A stretch of DNA of 64,000 nucleotides from Paramoeba atlantica (taxonomy: Eukaryota; Protista; Discosea): assembly GCA_977017575.1 (NCBI GenBank), contig CDRNVI010000103.1, forward strand, positions 68,610-132,609, given 5' to 3'. The position numbers and the translations under genes are program-made. Under the pieces are notes generated by a model. That model saw only the letters and a program-made list of their open reading frames with translations. It did not search any database and was not told the DNA's origin. Positions 33,071 to 44,780 of the stretch are shown piece by piece; position 1 is the stretch's first letter, and each line of letters begins with the position of its first letter.

Positions 33071-34379
33071 TATATTAAATGTGTTCTAACAATTACCCCC
33101 CCAGTAATAGAATCAGTTTGGAGCCAAAATAGTTAAATCTCTGTTACTGGAGGAATATTTTTTTGTGGGAAAAGAGCTCTTTTACTCGTGAGTGCAATGA
33201 TTTTCTGCCCAGCCAGGCCCGCAACTAAGCGATCCCCGCCCGCCCAACCACCCTCATCCTGTCCTCAATAACTTCTTTTCATTTCGCTTCATGAACTTTT
33301 CAAATGGACACTGCAAGTTTACCCTCTCTGTGGATGGCACAGGATGGAACGAAATGGCACAGGATGGCGCGGCGAGCCTAGTTTTAGGAATCTTCTTCCT
33401 CCTAAGTAGCGTTTTAAAATTGGAGTAAATTTTCGGATGCTCTTTTGCACTGTAGCTTTGCATATTGTTTGATAATTCATACAATTTAAATTTAATTTGG
33501 AGGTGTATTTACGTCACGAGTAGGTAAGTAAGCACAATCTTCCAGCTACCCTAATCTTCTCTTGCAAAAAAAGCGCGGTCGTAGTGATGATGAATTGAAG
33601 CAAACTAACTTAGACCATTTCATTGTTTATGATAAGAATTGTACGGAAAGAATGGCTTCTTCAGATTCTCTTCACCTCACTATCCTCGAGTCATGAACTC
33701 ATTTGAACTTATGGGAGAGAAGTAACGTAATATAAAAAAACGTTAACCACCGCGTTTAATGGAGCGACTACAAACTTGTACTGATAGTTGTTACTGCTTA
33801 TGAGTTCCCCCAATTCTGGTGCGCTTATGAGTTCCTTTTTCTAAGGCGAACGTTTTTTACCCACTTTTCGCGAAGCGATCTTTTTATGCACAGAACCCAA
33901 ATCCCAACAACCGTACGTCCGGCTGCTCTACAGCCTCGCTCACTGAGCGGATAATCATTTTAGCGCCAGTATCATTGTCAAGGAGAACCCGCGGCGCTTC
34001 GCGGGTTCCACACCCACCCTAGTTGTTTGATACCTTGGTATTCGATACGGCACGGTATTCGATACCGGGCGGTGTCACTCACGCATGGCCAGAAGGAGTA
34101 CAGCAGGGAGGGTCGGCGAAGGGTCTACGGTAGGGGGTATACGGTAAGTACTTAACCACACGCGAAGGATTTTTTCTGCTTATACTTCACGAAGCTGTCT
34201 GATCTTTGATAAAAACAAATACTCAAAAACGACCTTATTTCACAAATTTTAGAACACCAACTTTAGAACTTCTTTAAGAGCCATTATGTTTATGCAAGCT
34301 TCTTCCCTTGCTCTATCTAAACTTACATTTATTACCGTTATTCCCTTTTAAAAGTTTTTGCTAAACACGTTTTGTTTTC

Positions 34380-34997
34380 ATGACCACTCTGATCCCGTTC
34401 GTCTCCTCTTTCGATTCTCGCTCCAAGAAAAAGGCCAACCTTGCAAAGGTACACACCGCTAACCTCCCGATGGAAATACAGCTGGCCAACTTCATCCAAG
34501 ACCTTGACAAGTCTAATCTCCCTCCTATTTGGCACTCCAAAACTCCGGCATGTGACTGGCCCGGGATTCACTGCAATCCTCAAAAAGAGGTCATCGCAGT
34601 GATGTGGTATCTCCGTGACCTCCGCGGGATGTTAAGCTTTCGGCATTTACCTCCCACAACAAATCACGTGAACTTAAGCACCAATTCGCTCAGCGGGTCG
34701 GTCGACCTCTCTTGTCTTCCAGGAAAGATGACCCATCTGAATTTATCCTACAACAAGTTCTCCGGTCCGATACACCTTGATGTACTCCCGCAGACGTTGA
34801 CACATTTGCACCTAAACGATAATGATTTCAGTGGACGTGTAGAGTTTGACGCGCTTCCTCCGAGGCTTCAGCTTCTGGTGCTCTCGAAGAATAAGCAGCT
34901 TCGTGGTACAATTATTCGAACGCATCTTCCAAATACGCTTCAGGAAGTTCCAATTATAGAAACGGAAATTCGAATGTTGGATAAACCTGTGTACTAA
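34380..34997 (+). CDS. LRR family protein (paralogue 7)
   Basis: KVHTANLPMEIQLANF, TPACDWPGIHC, LRRs. Confidence 0.9.
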   Translation: MTTLIPFVSSFDSRSKKKANLAKVHTANLPMEIQLANFIQDLDKSNLPPIWHSKTPACDWPGIHCNPQKEVIAVMWYLRDLRGMLSFRHLPPTTNHVNLSTNSLSGSVDLSCLPGKMTHLNLSYNKFSGPIHLDVLPQTLTHLHLNDNDFSGRVEFDALPPRLQLLVLSKNKQLRGTIIRTHLPNTLQEVPIIETEIRMLDKPVY

Positions 34998-35630
34998 TTA
35001 AATGAAAAGTTTCTTGAGTTGTTTGGTTATGTTTTGTTGTGTATTTTACGTTTCGCGTATAGCATAATATGGTCTGAATATCTCGGTTAATATTGAGCGG
35101 CCACTCAAAGAATATCAAAGAAATTTTCAACCAAAATATTTTTTTTCTTATAAAAATGAAGTCTGTTGATGTATAAAGTGGGTGTGCACCAGTGTACAGT
35201 AAGTGCATTCACCAATGCAAACGAATATAAGGATTTATAAAACAATGAACATTAGCTTTTCAAAAAGGCTTGAAATCGCTATCAACCTCATGCGATCAAT
35301 CTTGTATAAGTCAGGCGGTTCTTAGACCATTGTTAGAGCTTCTAAGGGGTATCGCCCCAAGGATCTTTTGATCTTTTTCCCGCTTTTGCTCATTTTTGTT
35401 GCAAGCGAGAGATCTCGTTCCCCTAGCGAAGCATTTAGCATCTATTTTTTCATCCTGAATTACACATTAGTTCGGGGCCAAAAAAATGGGATTTTCGAGC
35501 GACGTCTTTAGAACCAGGCCACATTCCAACTTTTCTTGAAGCTTCACACTTTTTTTCGTAATCAAATACAAGAACAAGCACCTTTTCTTTTCATCTCCCT
35601 ACCTCTCCTCTACCTCCACCTCCCCCCTCC

Positions 35631-37103
35631 ATGGTGCGTCCCACCCCCCCTACCCTCCTCTATCTCCTCTCCTGCACCCTTCTCCTCTCCCCCTCCTCCT
35701 CTTCCCCCGCCTTTTCCCCCCTCCCCTTTCTCACCACCGATATGGACCACGCAACCCCCTCCTCCTCCTCCCCCACCCTCTCCACCTCCTCCCCTCATCG
35801 CAAGAAGCCTTCCTCTCTCCCCACCACGCCTCCTACCCCTTCGGGGGAACAGGAAGATCGGGAGCAGGAGAACCCACCCCTCACCCCTTCCATCCCCACC
35901 CTCTCGGATTCGCTACCCTCCCCTCCTCGTACCTCTCCTATTACCCCTCGGATTCATCGAGGGGTACACACGAGAGAGAACCCCTTAACAGAGGGAAAAG
36001 GAGAAGAAAAAGAAGAAGAGGAAGAAGAAGAAGAATCTAAAAAGAAGGTGGCTGAAGGTAAAGAGAGGGTAGCTGAAGGTAAAGAGAAGCTAGCTGAAGG
36101 TAAAGAGAAGCTAGCTGAAGGTAAAGAGAAACCTGAAACCTTAACCCAAACCCACGGGTTCGTCTCTTCTTCTTCAACCTCTTCCTCATCTTCCTCTTCC
36201 TCCTCATCATCGCCCTCCTCTACCCCCACCCCAACCATCCCCACAACCCAAGGGTTGCTCTCTTCCCCTTTTTCTTCTTCTTCTTCTTCTTCTTCTTCTT
36301 CTTCCTCTTCCCCCTCCCTGAGCCCCGATGCCAGTGTCATCCTCTCCGACGTTCTCCGCTCCCTTCACCGCTCCCCCCACCGGCCCTCCCACCCGCTCCC
36401 CTCACGTACCCTACGCGGTGAGTTGGATGCGCCAGCGGGGGAGGGGGAGGGGGAGGGGGAGGGGGGGGATGTGAACGACATGGGGGGGGAGTTCACCGAC
36501 ACGGTGGCCTCCCCGGGGAGGGAGGGGGAAGAAGAAGACGAAGAAGGCGGAGGAGACCGTAAGAAATATCCAGAGGGGGAAGAGGAGGAGGAGTACGTAG
36601 AAGACGATGGGGAGGAGGAGGAGGAGGACTCCGAGGCGATGTTGAATGCGATGATGGATCAAACTTTTGCGGAGGTGATTGGGTCGGGGCCGTCTCCAAA
36701 GTCGGTGGATGCGTTTTTTGCGCATTCCGTGAGTGATGGGGAGGAGGAGGGGGGGAAGGGAGGGGGAGGTTTGTTGTTGGATTCGGATGCGGATTTGACA
36801 CCGGACGAGGAGGAGGGGGGGGAGGGTTCGACGCATAGTGTTTTGGGGTCGATTTGTGCTGCGTTTTGGCGCTCTCCGGTGGGTCGTTTTTTGCGGTGCG
36901 TGGGCAGATGGATCTCTCGTATTTTTTGCTGTGGTGAGACGGAGTCAAGGATGGCGGAGAATGGGGAATCGGAAACGTGGGTTGCCGAGGATGTTGCGTC
37001 CGCGCCTCCTGCTGAGGCTCGTAGCTCATGGATACCTTCCTTTTTTCAAAGAAAGAAATCTCCCGAGAAACTTTCAGAGGAAGATTGGGTACTTATGGAA
37101 TAA
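35631..37103 (+). CDS. Hypothetical low-complexity protein with signal-like N-terminus
   Basis: Hydrophobic TLLYLLSCTLLLS; 4 x 21-nt repeat (AEGKEKL) at ~36051-36130; acidic tracts; VGRFLRCVGRWISRIFCC near C-terminus. Confidence 0.7.
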   Translation: MVRPTPPTLLYLLSCTLLLSPSSSSPAFSPLPFLTTDMDHATPSSSSPTLSTSSPHRKKPSSLPTTPPTPSGEQEDREQENPPLTPSIPTLSDSLPSPPRTSPITPRIHRGVHTRENPLTEGKGEEKEEEEEEEESKKKVAEGKERVAEGKEKLAEGKEKLAEGKEKPETLTQTHGFVSSSSTSSSSSSSSSSSPSSTPTPTIPTTQGLLSSPFSSSSSSSSSSSSSPSLSPDASVILSDVLRSLHRSPHRPSHPLPSRTLRGELDAPAGEGEGEGEGGDVNDMGGEFTDTVASPGREGEEEDEEGGGDRKKYPEGEEEEEYVEDDGEEEEEDSEAMLNAMMDQTFAEVIGSGPSPKSVDAFFAHSVSDGEEEGGKGGGGLLLDSDADLTPDEEEGGEGSTHSVLGSICAAFWRSPVGRFLRCVGRWISRIFCCGETESRMAENGESETWVAEDVASAPPAEARSSWIPSFFQRKKSPEKLSEEDWVLME

Positions 37104-37714
37104 GGCTTTGGAGCTACAAGTAGTAATTCCTGGCATATAAGGAATATCTGATATCAGGTTCGAGTCAATATGGAACGATTTCGTGAAATATTTTTTAGAC
37201 TTTTTACGTAGAAATGCTTTACTCCGTGCATTCATTCGATAAATTTTATTAGGACAGCTTCTTTGTTCACTCAATTGTTATGCAGCACACATGTTTTCCA
37301 TGTGATTGCTAGAGTCATTTTTTCTGGCCTTTAGTTTGGAATTCGAATGTTACAATATGACATAATGTAAAAAGACAGACATAATATGTCTGTCTTTTTC
37401 ACTACTTGTGCGCCACATATCCATGTACTTTACACCACGTAGTAATTGAAATGAAATTTACTTTGTTAAAATTTTATTTTCTGTAACTTTTTCATGGAAT
37501 TGGGCACCTGCCTCTCATTGCCCTGGTTTACGGAGCCGTATGACCATCCGGCCTTAAATTATCGTTTTTCAAAAATTGAGCTTTCCTTCGATTAGGTAAT
37601 GCAACACCTGCACACAATGAGTTTTTCCAAAGGCTCTTTCACGAAGAGAACACCATACAAAGTTTCGTGAAGCTTGCGGAGGCAAAGCCTTTTTGCTGCT
37701 CCTCCCCATAAAGA

Positions 37715-40700
37715 ATGCTTTTTAGATGTCCTATGTGTCGACATGCACTCAAGGATAGATTTTCCAAACGTTCTCTTACCCCTTCAAATCAGGACGACTG
37801 TATCCATCTCCGGGCATTGCTTCGCGCTTTACCAGGTCCGAACTCCTCGATGATTCCATTTTACCAATTTCTACATCGCCTACCGCTCACATCTATTCGA
37901 TATTTCGCATCCCTCCACTCCAAAGGTCTGGGTGCCTTCCTTTTCGAATACGTGCGAATGTTTGATGTAAGAAAGGATCGGTTACAGAAAACAAGAGAAA
38001 TTCGCGAAAACGAGTGTCGCGTGATGGCAACAAAATGGAAACCGAAACAAAGAGTAGATCCTATTCAAATTTTCGACAAAAAAGCAACAAACCCTACCCC
38101 AATCTCACGGGACCACACAAAAACGAGCCAGCCCCCATCCACCCTACCCCCCACATCACGCACAACCCCAAGCCTACCTCCTTCTCCTCTCCCCCCTCCC
38201 CCCTCCTTATCCCCTGCATCCCCTACAACTCTATTTTCTGCCTTCTCCTTTCTTCGCTCTTTGCAACTTGAAAATGAAACCTCTCTTCATGCGACTCTGG
38301 CCGACACCCACAGCTACACGTTGCGGCACCGGTACGAGATGCCCACACTTCTTTGCTTCTTTCTTCACTGGCGGTTGAAGCAGCAGCCAGGGTGGCACCC
38401 CGCGGATCGGGTCTCGGAAATGTACAACACCCTGGCGGCTCATCGGGATCAAGGGAATAGAAATAAAACGGCAGGGGATACAAATGAAACTACAGGGGAC
38501 ACAGATGAAAAAAAAGATACAAACCATAAAAACAGTTTGCCTGTTTCGTTGTTTTCGCTGCCCTCTCCATTTTCGTTACGGTTGTACTTACGAAAAGGTC
38601 CGGGGTCGAGATATGCCACCGTGAGCCCTTGTGGGTTCTGGGTGTGTTCGACCTCGTGGTATTTACGTGCCTCACGACCTCCTCCGCCTTTTCCGGAGTT
38701 TGACCGATTTATGTCGGCAGCAGTGGTAACAGGGGAGGGTGGAGATGCTGGGACGGAGAGTGGAAAAGATAGGGTGGGTAGGTCTTCAAAAACAGGCAAA
38801 GAAGTACGCTTGGTGGATGAGGATTATTCCTCAACTGTACGGAGTGCACTTCCAGGAATTGTTTTGGAAAAACTTCCACAAACACTTTCGTGTTTGTTAA
38901 TGAAGGAAAAAGGGCCACAAAATATATTTGCTACGCAAGAATTGCTGCAAAAGAAAGAATTTCACACAAATACCTCCCGTCAGATTCACGTGCAGCGCTC
39001 GGGCACCGATTTAGAAAAATCTCTGAACTTGTGCGATTTTCTTGCTCCACCCCCTGCCGTTCCTCTTCGCATTCTTGTGCAATCGTTGCGTTGGGCAGAG
39101 ACCTCTGAGCTTCGTAAATCAGGTTACACAAATCTTCTCCCGTTCCTAATTGATCACCCCGAAAGGTACACCCTACGTTTCTCTGAGCAAGATCGTCAGG
39201 TCACCCAAACAGCCGATGACACAAAAAAAGAGCTTGAAAGTACACAAAGCTCTGTAGCAAAAACTGTTATAGCAGAAACATCTTTATCCCATTCGCACAA
39301 TTCATTCTTTTCAGACGAAAAAGAGAGCGGAAAGTGTTTATCAAAAAGGAGTTCTGAAAATCCTTCTTCCCACTCCTATTTACTATGTGTTGTGCAATCC
39401 ACCCCGCTGCTAAGTTACCGTCGCACTTTGCTTCGAATGCTTGCGAGAGGTCAACACTGGACTCCTATCCGAAGTTTTGTTCCCCTTTTTTGGGTTCCCT
39501 TGATTGCGGTCGAGAAAGCTCTTCCTTCGCATGTTTCAATGCTCTATCATCGATGTGATGGCATCAACGGATTGTTGCACGTCGGGAGTGGAGTACTGTT
39601 GGGAGAAATTCGAAGTGCGTGGCGTAAAAGAGCTCTTATTCTGATAAGAAAGTTGGAGATGTCACCCACGAATGGGAATGAACGTGCGGAAAAGGAAGGT
39701 GAAAGCGTAAAGCACAAGGACATTAAAGAAATAAATGGAAAACGTCTACATTCAGACGAACGCGTTAAAGAGCCTTTGGGAGATTCCTCGAGAAGACTTT
39801 CAAAGGTTGAGGAAGATTCTCAGTTCGCAGATTATCTTCTTACACCGAAACTTCTGAATTCTATCTCGTATCTTCTTCCGCCGAACGGCTTCATTACCAT
39901 AGGTGCACTACGATATCAGTTACGTCAGAAAGGAATGAAATTTGATGGAGATCGGACGTCAGCGAAGAACTCCGTTTCAATTCGCAAATACTCCGAACAA
40001 ACCAAACCAATCAGTGACCCACAATCTTCAGTGTACAAGTCGGATGCATCCTGCTTTAGTCCTGCCCACTCCGCATGGCCACTCGATCTTATTCTTGCAT
40101 TTCGCCCCGATTTATTCGAGTGTTGTCCTGCACAAGGAGTACGAAAGCGACACGCTCTTGTGGAGAAAAATAACATAAAATCACGGGAAAATACGAAAAA
40201 CGCAGAATTGGCATTTTTTCGTCCACCTGTAGGGGAACGTATTACGGCTACACTTTCTCATGTAAACCCGTGCATTCGCGTTGCATTTTCAAAAACGTTG
40301 AAACGTCAAGAATATAAAGCCATTGCGCTTCGACATGGGGCACATTACAGCGAGAACGACATTGTAGAAAAAGTGTACAGCTTACTTCCTTCGAACTCAG
40401 CGCAGGATGGGATTAACTCTTCCTTTTCAAGGGCAAGTAACTCCTCTGCCAAAGCGGATTCTCGTTTCTTTCATGAAAGTTCCGACTTAAATGAGGCTGT
40501 ACCCCTTGCCGTTATTTCGTCTCGTCTGCAAGGGCTTGCTCCTGGCATGCTGGAACAGGTCTTGTTCCGCCACGATTCCCTTCGCGAATTCTTGAAAAGG
40601 TTTCCAACCAAATTTGCCTGGAAAAAAGTTCCCTCCTTAACTCCTGGAGTCGACATCTACGGAGTGCAACGCTATCGTAAACTTCCTTCGTCTCCTTCCA

Positions 40701-42205
40701 CGTCGATCGAGAGCGTCCCGAATCCCTACTTCTGTGAAGAAAAAATGTACCAAGCAGTGTACCAAACGTTTCCCCGACATTATGTTGGCAATCTTTCCGG
40801 TGGAACACCGAGTAATGCCGTAACCTCCGAAAACAACTCTCCTGAAGATAAGGCCTCCCCTTCACTCCACGATGCATTCGTCATGCAGAACGGACTGTCT
40901 CGCTCACATTCTCCCTCTAAAGAAGCTAAAAACGGCTCCATTTCCTGCCACGAATCCCGCAAAGGTCTTCCCCTACCTCAACTCATGGAGCGGCTCCCCG
41001 AGTTAGCCCGTGAGGCCCTGCATGGGTACTATGGTGGCGCCCAACGTTATTTCTCCAATCGCCCTCGCGACTATCGCATCGTAGAGACCCATCCCAGCCA
41101 GGCCTCTCTACGCAGTGAGTCTCAGACACAGAAATTAGGTAAAATCCGTCCCTCGGCCATGTTTGTCTGCGTGGTCTACTTGAGAAATGTGAACCGAGGA
41201 TTGCAGGAATCTGCGGTTCTCCCCTCACGCCATAAAACCCGGATAAAGACAAATGACGATGTTCATGTGGAGCCAAAGGAGGCCGGGAACAGGGGAAAAC
41301 ACAATGTTTTGATGGACAAGGCTTCCAAAAGGAGGAATGAGGCGGCGGTTAATGTGAATTTGCTTGAAAGTCGCCCGGTAAAACCTAAAGCTTGCGATAA
41401 AAATCATTTTGAAAATCGCGATCACGGGTCCTCTGAAACGAAAACTGGTGTGTCTGAAACAAACGGGAGCTCAAAAAAATTAACAGCAAGTCCGCCCTTA
41501 TTTCACATTTCTGATATTCTAAAGGGAAGCATGTCAGAGGATAATACTTCTAGGGTCTTGTCTGAGCTTCTATTTCCGTCTTCTGTTGAGCAATTTGCTG
41601 AACAATATGTTATGCTTCATAAAATGTCGCCAAATCTTCAACGTAACACGTGTCCAAGAAAGGATATGCTGCGCACTAACTCTTGTGAGAATGATAAATT
41701 ACCGGATACACGACTCGAAAATGCTACGAAAAGCGACTTCATAGAAGAAGTAAAAACCGAAAACGTAGTGCACCGGAAGGAAGAAATGAACGTTTCGACT
41801 ACACCACATAATCCGTCTAGTGTAGAGGTAGATGACACAAGCTCAAATTCCTCAGTTGAAAACTTGAATATCAACCCCAAGAAGAAAGTGTCGTCCCCTG
41901 TTTTGAGTTCTCCGAGCGCGAATTCTGGTTCGGGTGTTGCGCATAACTCAGCACCAGAACTCTATGAGACGGACTTTAGCTTAAGTAAAGCAACCAAAAG
42001 CATTTCAGGCTTACCCGTTCAATCTGCTTTAGCTAGGAATTCACAACACTTGGCGGCTACGCTGTCCCCGTATCTCAATGACACGTGGAGGTGTGAGTAC
42101 GACCGGTACGTACGCCACACATTGCGCGGAGTGCTCAAGCCTAAAGGTGAGGAAGATATCGATTTGGATGATGAACTCGCCGAGGAAGGAGGAGATCTTC
42201 TGTAG
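37715..42205 (+). CDS. Large hypothetical protein with repeated OST-HTH/LOTUS-like segments
   Basis: 1496-aa ORF; recurring VPLxxL..L..FLxxxPxxF/Y segments; start uncertain. Confidence 0.65.
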   Translation: MLFRCPMCRHALKDRFSKRSLTPSNQDDCIHLRALLRALPGPNSSMIPFYQFLHRLPLTSIRYFASLHSKGLGAFLFEYVRMFDVRKDRLQKTREIRENECRVMATKWKPKQRVDPIQIFDKKATNPTPISRDHTKTSQPPSTLPPTSRTTPSLPPSPLPPPPSLSPASPTTLFSAFSFLRSLQLENETSLHATLADTHSYTLRHRYEMPTLLCFFLHWRLKQQPGWHPADRVSEMYNTLAAHRDQGNRNKTAGDTNETTGDTDEKKDTNHKNSLPVSLFSLPSPFSLRLYLRKGPGSRYATVSPCGFWVCSTSWYLRASRPPPPFPEFDRFMSAAVVTGEGGDAGTESGKDRVGRSSKTGKEVRLVDEDYSSTVRSALPGIVLEKLPQTLSCLLMKEKGPQNIFATQELLQKKEFHTNTSRQIHVQRSGTDLEKSLNLCDFLAPPPAVPLRILVQSLRWAETSELRKSGYTNLLPFLIDHPERYTLRFSEQDRQVTQTADDTKKELESTQSSVAKTVIAETSLSHSHNSFFSDEKESGKCLSKRSSENPSSHSYLLCVVQSTPLLSYRRTLLRMLARGQHWTPIRSFVPLFWVPLIAVEKALPSHVSMLYHRCDGINGLLHVGSGVLLGEIRSAWRKRALILIRKLEMSPTNGNERAEKEGESVKHKDIKEINGKRLHSDERVKEPLGDSSRRLSKVEEDSQFADYLLTPKLLNSISYLLPPNGFITIGALRYQLRQKGMKFDGDRTSAKNSVSIRKYSEQTKPISDPQSSVYKSDASCFSPAHSAWPLDLILAFRPDLFECCPAQGVRKRHALVEKNNIKSRENTKNAELAFFRPPVGERITATLSHVNPCIRVAFSKTLKRQEYKAIALRHGAHYSENDIVEKVYSLLPSNSAQDGINSSFSRASNSSAKADSRFFHESSDLNEAVPLAVISSRLQGLAPGMLEQVLFRHDSLREFLKRFPTKFAWKKVPSLTPGVDIYGVQRYRKLPSSPSTSIESVPNPYFCEEKMYQAVYQTFPRHYVGNLSGGTPSNAVTSENNSPEDKASPSLHDAFVMQNGLSRSHSPSKEAKNGSISCHESRKGLPLPQLMERLPELAREALHGYYGGAQRYFSNRPRDYRIVETHPSQASLRSESQTQKLGKIRPSAMFVCVVYLRNVNRGLQESAVLPSRHKTRIKTNDDVHVEPKEAGNRGKHNVLMDKASKRRNEAAVNVNLLESRPVKPKACDKNHFENRDHGSSETKTGVSETNGSSKKLTASPPLFHISDILKGSMSEDNTSRVLSELLFPSSVEQFAEQYVMLHKMSPNLQRNTCPRKDMLRTNSCENDKLPDTRLENATKSDFIEEVKTENVVHRKEEMNVSTTPHNPSSVEVDDTSSNSSVENLNINPKKKVSSPVLSSPSANSGSGVAHNSAPELYETDFSLSKATKSISGLPVQSALARNSQHLAATLSPYLNDTWRCEYDRYVRHTLRGVLKPKGEEDIDLDDELAEEGGDLL

Positions 42206-42527
42206 AATAGCTACTGTATTCTACATGTTTCGATGCCACAAGGTCTGCGACGGACTACCGTTGGAGATCACTCGAGATCATTTTCGAGCATCCGAAGCGC
42301 CTGCATATGAAGCATTCGAAGCAGCTGCTAGTGTTGAAAATGGATAAAGGGGGGCATTTACCTGCGTGATATTCATCTGTGATTTTTTCAAAAATTACAA
42401 AATTCTTGTATAATTTTTATTGTGAATCAGTTTGGCAAAATGCACCCGTTCTTGCGATCACTATACAACTGCCTACCTACAACTGTATACAGAGTTTAGA
42501 TTTTGTGTCTAACGATTTACTTTTCGC

Positions 42528-43361
42528 ATGATAGGCTCCATAATACTAACAAACAACAGTGATCTACCTGTCAGCTCTCGCCTGGGGAAAGTACGAGGGG
42601 CAATGCTTTCTCCTGACATACAAATGAACAATTTCGTCTCACGCGTTTGCTCCACTAAGAAGCCTGGCATGTTCAACGAAACTTCCGTATGTTCGTGGTC
42701 AAGAGTTACTTGTGACGAACAGTCACAAGTTAAATCAATCAAATGGGATTTTCTAGCGTTGAGTGGAAATCTTACATGGGAGTTTTTACCTTCCACCGTC
42801 ACATGTCTTAAACTAGGTAATAATAATCTCACAGGTGTTCTTCCAACGGCACTCTTACCCGCAGAAATGTCCTACTTAAGCCTCCAGTATAATGCTTTTC
42901 ATGGAAATTTTGATGCTGCATGTCTACCCGTAGCACTAGAAATGCTCTGGTCAGCACACAATTTTTTTTCTGGGGTACTTGATCTTACAGCGCTGCCTCC
43001 CGTGGCAAACACAATTTCTCTAATGCGAAATCTGTTTGAAGGCAAACTCGATTTAACGCTTCTACCCTCATCCTTGTTAGAGCTCTTTTTGCATCACAAT
43101 CAATTTTCGGGTGAGGTGGATCTGACGCATCTCCCCCCTCGGTTAAAAACCCTATACTTGATGCAAAATTTGTTGAGCGGTGAATTAATTCTACAGAATC
43201 TTCCAGACTCTCTTCAGAACGTTCACGTCGGATCAAACAGTTTTGTTGGGGAAGTACAACTCAAAAATTTACCTCCTCGTCTACATACGTTGAATATTTC
43301 GAATAACAGCAAACCTTTGGAGATAAACGGTGCACCGTCATCCGTCCTTGTTGTGCGTTGA
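42528..43361 (+). CDS. LRR family protein (paralogue 8)
   Basis: KVRGAMLSPDIQMNNF, VCSWSRVTC, LRRs. Confidence 0.9.
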   Translation: MIGSIILTNNSDLPVSSRLGKVRGAMLSPDIQMNNFVSRVCSTKKPGMFNETSVCSWSRVTCDEQSQVKSIKWDFLALSGNLTWEFLPSTVTCLKLGNNNLTGVLPTALLPAEMSYLSLQYNAFHGNFDAACLPVALEMLWSAHNFFSGVLDLTALPPVANTISLMRNLFEGKLDLTLLPSSLLELFLHHNQFSGEVDLTHLPPRLKTLYLMQNLLSGELILQNLPDSLQNVHVGSNSFVGEVQLKNLPPRLHTLNISNNSKPLEINGAPSSVLVVR

Positions 43362-43507
43362 AAAACGTAACCTTGTTAAAAACTAATTAAGAAGAAGATA
43401 TTTTCGATTCAGTATTCACTAAAATGATTCATGACTACTGTGCATAATATTTCTTTCAAGCATTACATTATTTCATTACATTCAACACCGAATACACAAA
43501 TAAACAT

Positions 43508-44343
43508 TTAGGCTCTTCGTTAAACGCGGTGTTTGTTTTCAACTTAGAAGTCACTCATTCTGCGCGCTTCGCGTTGAAAACTACCGCCGCGTTTAACGAA
43601 GAGCCTAAAAAAGAAAATTTAGCCTGGAAAACGGAAAGATTATAGCCAAAAATAGCCGATTTTCGGGTAAAAATGGGGTCATTTTCGCGCATTTTTGCTC
43701 TCAGAGCACTAAATCCGACATTTGCGCGTGGGAAATCACTCGTAGGCATGAATGGAAGCCTACCGAACGTATTGGGTAGAGAATGCGACTCCAACCATAC
43801 CATTATTTCGACACAAAAATGCCCCTTGGGGTCCGAAAAATACTTGTTCACCTTTTTTAGTCAAAATGTGTCATTTTGAGGGGCGCACCACGGTTCGAAG
43901 AAGGGATACCTTGCGAAAGCAACTGCGGAGAAAGCTAGTGTAGGTCCCAAACTATCAAAATCCAACTGGGGAAACGATTTTGGAAAAATATGTTTTTTGC
44001 CATTTTTTTCGCCAAGTTGAAATTTTTTTCAAATTTTTTTTTCCGAAAAAATCCGAACTTGTCGGACGCGTCCTGCAGATACGCGGGGGGGCCACCCCCG
44101 GGTAGGGGGGTGGAAAATGCGCGCCAAGACCCCGGCTACCCTTTCTGCGGTATTTTTTCGAAAACTAATTTTTTCGAAAAGATTTGCTCGACCATGACCC
44201 CCCCCTGGACCCCCCATTTTTTTCAAATTCGACCATGACCCCCCTGGACCCCCCCCCATGGACCCCCCATTTTTTTCAAATTTTTTTTTCAGTTTTGGAC
44301 CACCGGAGCCCCCTTTTATATTTTTTTCTTCTATTATATTACT
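43508..44343 (-). mobile_element. Repeat R, inverted copy
   Basis: Reverse complement of 44781-45674, lacking the 5' ~60 bp. Confidence 0.88.
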
Positions 44344-44780
44344 AGACCATTCGACCAAGAAAAGCCCACCGGTTCGACGGTGCTAACGTTAGGTGTATTG
44401 CGGTGGTTGTTTAACTACCGCTGTACCCTCGCTTATTAAAAAAAGTGAACAAATTTTTCACCCCCACGTGGGGGTGACCCCCCCTGGTATCCGCAGGATG
44501 GGTCCGCCAAGTTCGGATTTTTCACGAAAAAAAAGTTAGAAAAAATTCTAGGCGGGATCCTAGGCGCTCCCACCCAGAGTCACCCCTCTAAGCACAATGT
44601 ATTATTAACGTGTATTACATGCCGAAACCCTCGTTTAAGTCCTGCAGAATAACAATTCCAGTAACATGATTTCTGTATCTTCCGATTGAAGCAAAAAATA
44701 TTAAGAAGCTAAGGAAGAAAATTTTGACGAAAGATATCCTTGGCGCTCCCACCCAGAGTCACCCCACTAAGTATGACAGG

